Shown in pieces: positions 49,440-61,018 of a stretch of DNA of 64,000 nucleotides. The stretch is from Macrostomum hystrix. Lineage: Eukaryota > Animalia > Platyhelminthes. Within the stretch, counting starts at the first letter, position 1, and the number at the start of each line of letters is the position of its first letter. The position numbers and the translations under genes are program-made. The notes beneath the pieces were generated by a model. That model made no database searches. It saw nothing but the letters and a program-made list of their open reading frames with translations, and had not been told where the DNA came from. The stretch covers positions 868,001 to 932,000 of the forward strand of contig CATNEN010000005.1 of assembly GCA_950097015.1 (NCBI GenBank), read 5' to 3'.

Positions 49440-50670
49440 ATGGCCATGTGTTGTAAATTGATTTGCAGCAACTCAATTATCTTCTTCATCTTGGCTTTTG
49501 GTGAGTAAAAAATCTGATCATTGTATTTTTCGTGTTTCCCACAAGAATTGTCTTGTGGAGCCTTGCCTGTTTCCCAAACGATGTGTCGGATCCCACAGCC
49601 CTCCCATATTTCTCATAAAGTGCACTCGGCACGCGCCCAACAAGCAGCACTCAGCTGCTACAGCTGCAGCTCGTCCAGAGACCTGACGGACTGTCTGTCA
49701 TCTGTAACGCTGTGCAGCCGAACTAGCAGCTGCTACAAAGCTGAGACTGTTGACTACAGAGGCTTGCCTGGCAGAAAAGTCTACTCAATGGTGAGTTGCG
49801 AAACGTCTGCCTAATGTTTACCATGTCTAACAGGTTACAGCATCGTATCAAAATTGACACTACAGTGTCTAACTGGAGATATTACAGTGTCTAACAGTAA
49901 ACACTATGGTATCTAACAGGTGACACTACAGTATCTAACAGGTGACGATACCGTATCTAACAGGTGACACTACAGTATCTAACAGGTGACACTACAGTAT
50001 CTAACAGGTGACGATACCGAATCTAACAGGTGACACTACAGTATCTAACAGGTGACGATACCGTATCTAACAGGTGACACTACAGTATCTAACAGGTGAC
50101 GATACCGTATCTAACAGGTGACAATACCTTATCTAACAGGTGACGATACCGTATCTATCAGGTGACAATACCGTATCTAACAGGTGACAATACCGTATCT
50201 AACAGGTGACACTACAGTATCTAACAGGTGACAATACCGTATCTAACAGGTGACGATACCGTATCTAACAGGTGACAATACCGTATCTAACAGGTGACGA
50301 TACGTATCTAACAGGTGACAATACCGTATCTAACAGGTGACGATACCGTATCTAACAGGTGACAATACCGTATCTAACAGGTGACAATACCGTATCTAAC
50401 AGGTGAAAGTACCGAATCACCAGCTTTTTGTCAACGAAAACTAATTTTGTGTCTCCTGTCAAACAGGGCTGCATGGACAGTCGCCAGTGTCGGCAGCAGC
50501 CGCAGTCCTCAGCCATGGAATTGTGCAGCAGGCTTGGCCAAACCTGCTACAGCTGCTGCAGCGATCGCAGCCTGTGCAATTCGGCGGTGTCGGAGTTGAG
50601 AACCGGTCGAAAGTACGCTGTCACTATTTTGATTTTGGCGACTATTTCGTTGCTATGGCAACAAAGCTAG
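49440..50670 (+). CDS. GPI-anchored Ly6/uPAR three-finger protein, 12-Cys LU domain (LYPD6-like pattern), ~135 aa
   Basis: Exons 49440-49500 (signal-like, phase-1 donor G|gtgagt), 49648-49790 (LSCYSC...) and 50467-50670 (GC...TCYSCCSDRSLCN plus a hydrophobic C-terminal GPI-type signal). An alternative acceptor at 49645 adds one Ala. Confidence 0.82.
49850..50405 (+). repeat. 22-bp minisatellite (TATCTAACAGGTGACGATACCG) in Ly6 intron 2
   Basis: About 22 clean copies with a degenerate left edge. Confidence 0.95.
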
Positions 50671-51081
50671 TTGACTCTATTTAGAGCAGGCTTATCTAAA
50701 GACTAGTAAAAAACCTGAAATACAAGCAGACAATGTTTAGGAACAATGTACGAGTATTCATATTAACTTGATTAATAAGCTATTTGAACAATTTGATGCA
50801 CTTTTTAATCAGTTTTTAATGCCGAATAACGACAAGGAAATTTTTGTGGAACTACAAAACACATATTAAATTTAAATGCATTGAAAACTAAAGAACATTA
50901 GCGGTTTTCCACTTAAAATTAAACTCAAACTGCAGCTTAAAACCAATGCCAGGGACTACTTAAGCTACCAGGTAATTTAAGTAGTCGGCCCGTTACCAAG
51001 GCATATTTGATCTCATCTATACAGACTGCTGCATGACGACAGTAAAGAAACGAGCACAGCAAAATATGAACTTTTTGCTGA

Positions 51082-51300
51082 CCGATGGAACCCATTCTGT
51101 CACACGGACATGCCCAAGTCAACGCCCACGCACACAACTGTCCGATGGAACCCATTCTGTCACACGGACATGCCCAAGTCAACGCCCACGCACACAGCTG
51201 ACCGATGGAACCCATTCTGTCACACGGACATGCCCAAGTCAACGCCCACGCACACAGCTGTCCGATGGAACCCATTCTGTCAGACGGACATGCCCAAGTC
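51082..51300. repeat. ~3.6 x 60-bp near-perfect tandem repeat
   Basis: The unit CCGATGGAACCCATTCTGTCACACGGACATGCCCAAGTC... starts at 51082, 51142, 51202 and 51262. Confidence 0.95.
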
Positions 51301-51659
51301 ATGATATATGATATGATATACTACTGCCCTACGTTAAAAGTATTATATTGTGTTTGAAAGGAAAACACAATATAATACCATTTATACCATTTAGCACCAT
51401 TCTAAAGGTGGACAATGTCCTGGACGATGAAATCTCGCGCCAAAGGGGCCATGGGCAGTGAACTCTCGAGCTAAGGGACCCTGGGAGATGAAATTTCGCG
51501 GTAGGGACCCTGAGGGGTGAACTCTCGCCGTGAGAGACGCAGCTAAGGCGATGAACTCGATCTCGCCGTCAGAGTTTCATAGCGGTATAACGTACGCGCT
51601 GTCTGCCTCTCGCACCAATTGGTCCCTCGCACCTCGATTCTGCGGCGAGACCAAATATT

Positions 51660-51915
51660 GGGGCTTGTCGGGCAATTTACGCCATTGAGGTCCAAACTCC
51701 ATGGGTATAGTGAGAGTGTACACTTCCTTACGATGAGAAAGTCAGGCAGATGTACACACCTTTGTGAGCGTATGCCTGCGTACAGTATAAGTATGTGCGC
51801 GTGTGCTCAGGAGTCAGCGGAATAGGCTGAGTCGCCTTCTTGCTGGCTGTGGGTCACCAAATGAGGTGCCAGTACAGGCACCTGCAACTGCTGCAGAAGT
51901 ATTATTATTATTAAC
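51660..51915 (+). mobile_element. 5'-truncated copy of the tRNA-derived SINE with a (TTA)n tail
   Basis: Core GATGAGAAAGTCAGGCAGATGTACACAC...GTGTGCTCAGGAGTCAGCG; ends TATTATTATTATTA. Confidence 0.75.
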
Positions 51916-53031
51916 CCTGCGCTTAACTTTCACCTTTAGCTGGGACCCCATCAGAGAGTTCAGAAGAATTTGACAAGAATCGAACGAAACTCATAGAGAG
52001 AGCAAGAAAGAATCTATAACGCGGATCATTACCAATTGCCACGATACAACCCGGTATCATCTTTTACATATTTATTTTTGTTAATTTAGACATAACTCAT
52101 GAAATCACGATTTAGAATCAGAGGCGTTTCATTTACTTAGGTTAACAGTTCTAGTAATTCATGGTCGATATTGCTTAGTGACTCAGAGTACACCGACGAT
52201 TCATTGTCGCTGTAATATGGCTGCGGCTATTGTTTAAGCTTTTAGTTTTGATGAAATTTATAGTACAGCTGAATAATGTGTAATGAATCATGCATAAATT
52301 TGACTATGTGCATACGTAGCGTAAATCTAACAATGTACGAGCCAAATAACACGAGATTTGAAAATCGGCCGCGTTCATAGAAAAAAGACAAAAGTCCATC
52401 CTATAGCGTGACGCTTTTATAAAGACTATGTAGGCTATTCAGTCCGTGGACTACTGATGGCAGATCATGCTGGTACCGATTTCAGTGCTGAAGGAACTTC
52501 AGGAAGCAATCGAGATTACGTTTCTTGCCGAAGGATACACATTTATTTTGCTTTTCTTTGAGCTGAGATTTTTAGTCCAACCACTGGATTAGACAACACC
52601 CCTATTCCTGATTCTTAAAGTATTGGCCTATCAAAATGTCAATCAGGTCACTTGTCAATCACTCATGTCATGTCGATTTGCTGATCTGAAAGAAGAGGTT
52701 AATAATTTTTGCTATCAGATTGACTTTCACAGAAAACTTAAAATGAATCTACTGAAAGGGTGTCTTCCAATGCGCCACCTCACGATGATAAGAGGTAAGA
52801 CACTCACAATGGTTAGAATGGTTAGTACGACTCGTAGGAAGACAAGACAAGACACACAATTTTAAGACAAGAGCCGAAATTCCAAATATAAAACACCTCA
52901 GAAAGCAATCAGTTTTAGGGGCAGACAATGCACCCACGACGATTGGAACGCGAAAGACCCTGGGAAAAAAGCTCTGGGTGTTCGACCTAGGCTTAGGCTG
53001 GGCCTCTTGAACCCCTGCAGGCTAGGCTCCG

Positions 53032-56000
53032 TCAGTAGAGCGCTGTCAAACGATAGGTACAATATAATGAAGAGCCGTGAGCTGAAATTTCGCTGGTAAA
53101 ACGATCAATATTCTGTGGGCGCCTCACCGCACTGCTCATGTTCAAGTAGGTGGCTTCACTGTAATTTGTGCATTCTCCGCTATACGTTGCGACAGAATTC
53201 GAAGTCGACGGTTTAATTGAAACTTCCTGGTACAGTGATGGTTCTTCGTAGGGGCAGCTGTCGCTGCCACCACTGGCCGGCTTCCCAGGTGCTAGACTGC
53301 TCAGCATCAGCCCTTCCTGCGTTGGAAGTCGCCGCATTTGTTGCTCCAGCATGCAGGCCTCTGCCAATCTGTTTGTGGTCTCCAATAGAGCGACAGTGTG
53401 CCGCTGCAATGGATACGAGCGATCGCTAACTCGTTGCTTTTTATTGAGCCTGTTGGAGCTGATAGATATTCGAAGCTAATATAACGTAAAATTTTCGAAC
53501 TTTTTCGATCTTAACTTTTGGTAAAAAATTTCCCACCCCCACCAAGTCCAGTGTAGCAACCCCAACAAATCCGTGGTAGCAACCCCAACAAACCCGTGGT
53601 AGCAACACACAAAACCCATGGTAGCAACCCCAACAAACCTGTGGTAGCAACCCCAACAAACCTGTGGTAGCAACCCCAACAAACCCATGTGGCAACCACA
53701 TCAAACGCGTGGTAGCAACCACATCAAACGCGTGGTAGCAACCCCAATAAACCCATGTGGCAACCACATCAAACGCGTGGTAGCAACCACATCAAACCCA
53801 TGTGGCAACCACATCAAACCCGTGGTAGCAACCACAACAAACCCATGTGGCAACCACATCAAACGCGTGGTAGCAACCACATCAAACCCATGTGGCAACC
53901 ACATCAAACCCGTGGTAGCAACCACATCAAACCCATGTGGCAACCACATCAAACCCGTGGTAGCAACCACAACAAACCCATGTGGCAACCACATCAAACG
54001 CGTGGTAGCAACCACATCAAACCCATGTGGCAACCACATCAAACCCGTGGTAGCAACCACAACAAACCTGTGGTAGCAACCACATCAAACCCATGTGGCA
54101 ACCACATCAAACCCATGTGGCAACCACATCAAACCCGTGGTAGCAACCACATCAAACCCATGTGGCAACCACATCAAACCCGTGGTAGCAACCACAACAA
54201 ACCTGTGGTAGCAACCACAACAAACCCGTGGTAGCAACCACAACAAACCTGTGGTAGCAACCACAACAAACCCAGGTAGCTTCCCTTGAGTTAGCACCCT
54301 GCACCAACAACTTTACCTTGACAACAATTGCAGTGACAGCGGCAGCTATAGCAATGCAGCACAGTAGAGCAACAGCAAACAGAGCTAGCAACAGCACTGG
54401 ATTCTGTGTGTGCCAGGTATTTAAAGTGGCAGGTGTTGCAGCAGTTGGTTGAACAGTTAGTCTAAAACTATCCGATGAAGATTGTCCGCGCTTCGGCAGT
54501 TTTTTAATTTCCAGGCGTTTTCTGCTCGTTATTAGCGCTTGTGTTTGCCCCTGTTTCTGAATCACTTGACAGTCGAGCACGAGAGAGCCGCTCTGTGACT
54601 CGCTGGTCAGTTTATGAGGAATCAAACATAGAACCCATTGGCTGCTGGACATTGTTGACGACTTTTTTGTCGCTGATGTCCAAGACAGTGTCTGTGTATT
54701 CAATCGATCAAAGTGGGAAATAAGTTTAGATAAAGAAATATCTCAATTTCAATGCTATAGCTTATCTCACCTCCACCAGATCGTCATCGATAAGGTAGGA
54801 TGCAGTGCAATCGATTTGATTGATTGGCGGCCAAGCATCTGTCACAGATATGCCAATTTTGAGCTTGTGACCTTCGCTAACGACTGGGCTTGTGAGGCTA
54901 AGGTTTCCGACATCTGTTGCGAATTAGAAACATGATTATAAACGATATTTAGAGAGGAAAAGAGCTTGAACACTTGTAGCTATAGAAGAGGCACGAGAGA
55001 ATCTCACTAGACTCTTGCGAGACTCACAGAAAAAGTCCGGTTGATCGATTCGCGGACTGAATGCATCAGCATATCGGAATCCGGTATCTCTGCGCTTGGT
55101 CTCGCATTTGACACGCCAGGCTGAATTTAACATCGGCCTAATTGAAGTCAGTTCATGAATGCTGGACGACTCGTTTTGCTGCGATATAATTGGTAACGAA
55201 ATTTCACTGATTCGCTGAATGTTCTTATTTTTCTCTTAATAAGCCGTTCCGTAATAATTAACTATGTTTTGTAGAGTCATATGCTTGCTCCTCATTCTTA
55301 CCGAGATTTTTTTCAAAATAATGTCTTCCATTCCACCTTCCATTAATTTGAGCCAGCAGCTGTGCGTAACCGGACAACGGTTCGTGTCGCATTGTCGCGA
55401 TGTGACCAGGACTTGCTTTACACTGCCAATCGGTGCTAACTGGCGACTCGCGTCATTGTGAAACACCACGCTTGTAGCACAAGGATCTGTTTTTATAAAG
55501 CAGTCATGAGGCTAAATTTGGGACATCCAGCGACCAATTCATGAAGAAAATATCATACGGTAAAAATACGATTGGGTGGTGAAGAGAAATATATAACGGT
55601 ATATACAAATGTAACCACGTTGGTAAGTAGGAACCCACTCACCGTGGCTAGTGGAGGACACTCACAATGTTAAGTGTGGGAAGGCTTTCACACAATGTTA
55701 ACTAGAAGACAATCACAATGGTTAATGGGAGACACTCAAACGAAGCTAAGTGGAACCCACTCACGAAGCTAAGTGGGAAGACACTGATTATGGTAAATGG
55801 GAAGACACTGATTATGGTAACTGGGAAGACACTGATTATGGTAACTGGGAAGACACTGATTATGGTAACTGGGAAGACACTGATTATGGTAACTGGGAAG
55901 ACACTGATTATGGTAACTGGGAAGACACTGATTATGGTAACTGGGAAGACACTGATTATGGTAACTGGGAAGACACTGATTATGGTAACTGGGAAGACAC

Positions 56001-58549
56001 TGATTATGGTAACTGGGAAGACACTGATTATGGTAACTGGGAAGACACTGATTATGGTAACTGGGAAGACACTGATTATGGTAACTGGGAAGACACTGAT
56101 TATGGTAACTGGGAAGACACTGATTATGGTAACTGGGAAGACACTGATTATGGTAACTGGGAAGACACTGATTATGGTAACTGGGAAGACACTGATTATG
56201 GTAACTGGGAAGACACTGATTATGGTAACTGGGAAGACACAATGTAAGATTCTAAATACGAAACAGGTGATAAAACAATCAGTTTAAATGCCTGAAGATG
56301 CACCTTCAACGTTTGGAACGCGAAAGACCCTGGGAGCTCTGAGCTTGATTCTGAATCCTGCATTTGGCATTGCCTCGCACTGTACGGCAGAGCCCGACAT
56401 TGCCGAAGATGCTCGAACTTGATAGACGGATTTGGCATCAATCAGTGTCTTACCGAACTGGCTTTGAAAATGCCGAATCGTCTACAAAAATAGAGGGATT
56501 CAGAAACGCCTAATACGTACATACTCAAATATTTGTTGCTAAAGTGGAAAATATCAAGCACAAAACACAGGAGCAGCTACCGCAGACAGTAGGGTCAAGT
56601 TCCAGCTAACAGTGTTGGTTCTATTCGCGTCGCTTTCAATCCAGCATTGATGGATCGGGGCCGGATAGGCGGCAAACGACTCAAACGTCACATTCACTAG
56701 CTGTCCGGAGAGCCAGACTGGACTTGAGCTTATGCTCAAGTTCTGAGGATTTACTGAGGGTAAAGTAATGATGGACGGTAATTAGCAGCTGGAAGAAAAC
56801 ATTTTCAATAATGACAAGCAACACACTGGTCATTTCCAAAGTTCGTTCGATCTGCCAGACTCTGCCGCTGCTTCTCAGCGAAGAATCGGATTCGTTGACA
56901 ATGGCACAACGAAGGGAGCCGCCGTGGTAGGCTGGGTTGACTTGGAATTCGTAAATACAGACTCGGTGGCTTGAAGAGCTGGCGTCTATGCGGCGCTCGC
57001 ACATTAGCTGCAATCATTGGATGAATCGTTTTTTGTTGCGACGATAAGGTTTTCTGCAGGGGGGTGAGTTGCAAAGCGGTTAACTCGATTGACTCTCGCA
57101 CCAAGGTCCCTGAGTTCGAATCCGCAGCAAAGCCGCATAAATTTTGGACGCAGCAGCGGAGAGAAGGCTTAGGAAGTTTTGACGCAATTTATGCCCTTGA
57201 GAGCCAACCTCCAAGGCACAATGAGAAAGTCAGGGCAGATGTACACACCTGTGTACACGTGTGCTCAGGAGTCAAAGGAATGGGTACAATCGACTCTTTG
57301 CTATCTGCGGGTCTACTGTCACCAAATGATGTACTATTGCCTGCATTCCGCATTCCGCATTTATCATTCTTTTTATTAATATTAACAAATAAAAATAAAA
57401 TTTGAAGCCAGGAGTTTAAATGGAGAGTGTGTGGTATAGCAGCTCCCAGTTTAGAGTTCAGGCCGCAACCGTCCTGCTGGTGCTTTGGTTTCCTGTACCT
57501 GCATTTGTCCCCTGATATCGGCTAGCTTTTCCTTACCTCCTGTGCATGTGTAAACGAGCCGTCGAGAGCTCTGACGGTGCACTCGACACGTTCGGCGCTA
57601 CCTGGCCGGACAATCAAGTGAAAGCACACGTGATCGCCAAGTGCTAGTTTCAACGTTGCATCTAAACCTTTGCAATCAGATATGCTTTCTCTCGAGAGCT
57701 GCAGCTGAGGATCGGTTCCTGTTTCGGGTTGGATGGCAACACAATTGAGTCATTTCAAAAATGCGCGACGTAATTTTACTAGGCTCGCATTATTATAACT
57801 AAACTTAATAGGGCAGTTCTAGAGCAGGCTAGAGCCAGACATACCTGAAAGGCTGATCGACTCCCAGCTAAGTCTGACAGTTGAGCTCATCAATAGAAGA
57901 TAGTTCACCGGCTTCTAGAGCAGATAAATGTAAATTACAGCGTAAGCTTTGAATGAGCATTTCAAGCATGTAGTTGGAACAGCTTAATGTATAGCTCACC
58001 CGACTGACTGTCAGTATTGGATGCCAATAGATGTCTCTGCTCGTTTCCAGCACTTCAAAGCTGGTGTTGCAGGGGTTCTCAAATTTCAAAGCCAGAGGTA
58101 CCGATAGAGCGCCTAAGACGCGCATGCTACCGTCTTGCAGCAGACTTCTGTGATCTGAATTGATTTTTAATAACTTTTTCTAATTATTCTAATTACCTTT
58201 AACTTCTGTGTACTATCGCGAACTCACCAAAGCCAATAACGTTGATGCTGCTAATGAATATTGGTCTCTTCAACTCCAATAGAAGCCATTTCTGACCGAG
58301 ATTCAATCGCTTGGCAACTGGAAAGTCGGTGTCTGCTTCGTTACCAGCACTGACATTGTGGCGAGCTTGCCGAGTAAGCTCGAGACAAGACGAGTCTTGC
58401 GATCCCATCGACTCACCAGCCGGCTGCCAAATGTGAGCCACAGAGCGACTGTTAATTTGAAAACTTGCTGAACAATCCGCGAACGAGTTTAACAATATTG
58501 CCCAACAAATGCTGAGTTTAATTATCGATTCTACGTCATTAAAAATCAT
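53032..58549 (-). CDS. Orphan type I receptor: signal peptide, discoidin/galactose-binding-like domain, three Ig-like domains, TM and Tyr-motif tail, ~731 aa
   Basis: Ten exons (58549-58228, 58154-58000, 57914-57845, 57718-57537, 57007-56827, 56753-56581, 55178-55028, 54913-54771, 54691-54317, 53475-53032) are all GT-AG and give one open frame. TM VLLLALFAVALLCCIAIAAAVTAIVV. Domain names are inferred from residue patterns; the donor at 56580 is weak. Confidence 0.72.
53530..54275. repeat. Minisatellite of ~21-25-bp variants (GTGGTAGCAACCACATCAAACCCAT) in the last intron of the receptor gene
   Basis: Visible tandem copies. Confidence 0.95.
55773..56240. repeat. Almost perfect 24-bp array (TGGGAAGACACTGATTATGGTAAC), ~19 copies, intronic
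   Basis: Essentially no variation between units. Confidence 0.97.
57062..57360 (+). mobile_element. tRNA-derived SINE, near full length, antisense in an intron of the Ig receptor gene
   Basis: Head GAGTTGCAAAGCGGTTAA...AAGGTCCCTGAGTTCGAATCCG; shared core ATGAGAAAGTCAGGGCAGATGTACACAC. Confidence 0.8.
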
Positions 58550-59694
58550 TTTCCTGACGTCTTCTCTGCTTCAAATTCTGAATTCAGGAATATTCTATAG
58601 TTTACAATCTAATAATGACACACAGTTTTATTTTTATGACTATAGGGGGTTTAAAATTTTGAAAACATGTGTCCACGCGTGCCATGCACATGAACACATG
58701 TACTTCTAACGCATTTAAAAGCAGCGAACAGCGAAAACAAAAGTGAAGTTCGCAGTCCAAGGTGTTAAAGTAAACAATTCCAGTTTTCAATTTTCAGTTT
58801 TGACATGGATGGCCGGTCAGTTATTTTCATTTTCTACTATTTATTTCGCATTAGGCCAGCCGTTTTCTAAAACTTGTGTATTATTTTAATCTGCCACGCG
58901 TTAAAAATTCGATCTCTTTAACTATTTAAACCAATGCCACATACTGCTTTAGCTACTACAAGCATACTTGGCCTCCCTGTTAAATGGACGGCAAAGTGTG
59001 TTGTGAGAGTGCATTCAGAAGATCCACGTGAGGTTTAAAGTAGTATATTTGGTCTAAGAATTAGACGGTCGATCTGAGTTGTGCCCTGCTGTGTGATTCA
59101 TGGTCTGGTATATTGAGCGTAATACTTTTGCCTAATTTTTTATTTTTTATACGAGCCCGTAGATATAATTAAATAATTATAAATATGTAATATATAGCCG
59201 GAAAACACTATAGAATAAATAAACAGCACTCTAGCATAACTAATGTACCTGGTAAATTGGTGATAAAACAACAAGTAGCAGTAAAATTCCGATTTGAACA
59301 AGCGCAACTTTAGTACAGTAACAGCTATTAAATTGGATAAATAGATACATTCAGCCACATGATTAAACCAGCAGCTTACTAAAAGTATGAGTATATAACC
59401 AGTAAAAGTTCTTTTTGAACTACCGAAACGCACGCCAACGGATGAAAATGCATGTATATGTTCATCGTGTTGCAGGTGGAAATTAACTATCCCACCGCTG
59501 CCACCAAAGTTGTACTAGGGCGGATCTTACTGCTGCTGTCTCAATTTAATAGATATTTAGACTGGCGGTCCTCAAATGGGCCGTTTTAACTCCTTAATGT
59601 GGTAGCGTATGTGTTGCACGAGCGGTAATTAGGCACTATATATACTTTCCAGCCGATTAGGCGTCCCCGAGATTAGAGTTTAGCAGTTCCCTCT

Positions 59695-59875
59695 TAGTAA
59701 TATTCTTAGTATAAATCTGAGTATAGGTCTTAGTATAGGTCTTAGTATGGTTCTCAGTACTCGTATAGTTCTTAGTATGGTTCTTAGTATAGTTCTCAGT
59801 ATAGTTCTTAGTATGGTTCTTAGTATGGTTCTCAGTATAGTTCTTAGTATGGTTCTTAGTATGGTTCTCAGTATA
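59695..59875. repeat. 12-bp tandem repeat (CTTAGTATGGTT and variants)
   Basis: Directly visible. Confidence 0.9.
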
Positions 59876-61018
59876 TCTCTCCTGCAGTATCTTCTCACAA
59901 ATGACTAACAAAATGACTCCTTTTCCTCAAATCACTCTTTTATATCTCGAACACACCATTTAAAATAAAGCTTCAACAATGACTTGACTTTCGGCCAACA
60001 ATTTTACTCACACACTCTCTCACTCTCTTACACGCACGGCGAGGTTTTTTTTCTGTCTGAAAAACTGCGGCTATATATACAAGAGTTTTTTAGCATTTGT
60101 TTAAATGGTGAATTTTCACAAAATAATGTTTACACGGTCATCATTAAAACAAAAATATTCATACAGTATTACTTTCAATATAGTAAACAGTAAAACAAAA
60201 TTTTATTGTTTTTAGCACGTATTTCATTTTTAGATTTTTGAGTATTTGTATAAAACGTATTTACGAAAAGAATTACACATATTTACACTAAAACTATTTA
60301 CACCGTTACAATAGGAACGAAAAAACATACAAAAATTCATATATATACGAGTCCAGTTTTGGCAACTGGAATTGACAATTGACAAAAAATCAACAGTCAA
60401 TCAGCTGTCTAGCAAAATAATTATTTTCTTTGATTGAAACTAGCTTAATGTGAAACTGAAATTAGCTAACTAGATAAAATTAAACGGAGTCGCCCGAATC
60501 AAAACAATTAGTTTTGTTTTAATTCATTAGCTGTGGCTCGAATTCAGCAACAAGTTACGTGGCAATTGTGCTCGATACTTGTAGTATAGGGAGCCATTCA
60601 CAAAGTTACCCGAAATTGGCCCATAAAAACATTATTCTTGAATAAATATGCATTCAATAATACATTACACTCTGTTTAATTATTTGTCATGCATGATTGA
60701 AATTATACATTTCGATAACAATTTTCACGAAATAAAAATTCAAACTATAATTAACTGCACTAAACTGAACATAAAGGTGTATATAATAGGTAGACGTTAA
60801 TACTAATAGAGTACAATATAAAAACGATGTCGATGAAAATGCTCAGCGGTTATAAATACGAGCTAGTTGAGTATTTCGAGCGAGTGAAAAAGAAAAATTG
60901 CTTAACATATAAATAATAGGAAAATAATAACTCAAGCTTTTATTCAAGAAAAAAGACGCAGTGACTAAGATTACTAATTTTTCGACACATATTCGATATC
61001 TTCTAAGAGGATAAATCG

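Noticed and set aside
50937-51311. ORFs over the 60-bp repeat as a repeat-domain protein
   Set aside because: Open in three frames on both strands, with no splice or family support.
55718-56287. WEDTDYGN- or GKTLIMVT-repeat protein
   Set aside because: A perfect DNA-level repeat with no synonymous variation, antisense within an intron. Kept only as a repeat finding.
56805-57104. 99-aa minus-strand ORF
   Set aside because: An alternative frame overlapping the true exon 57007-56827 and the SINE edge.
59657-59911. NHTKNYTE / RTILRTIL ORFs
   Set aside because: Translations of a 12-bp tandem repeat.
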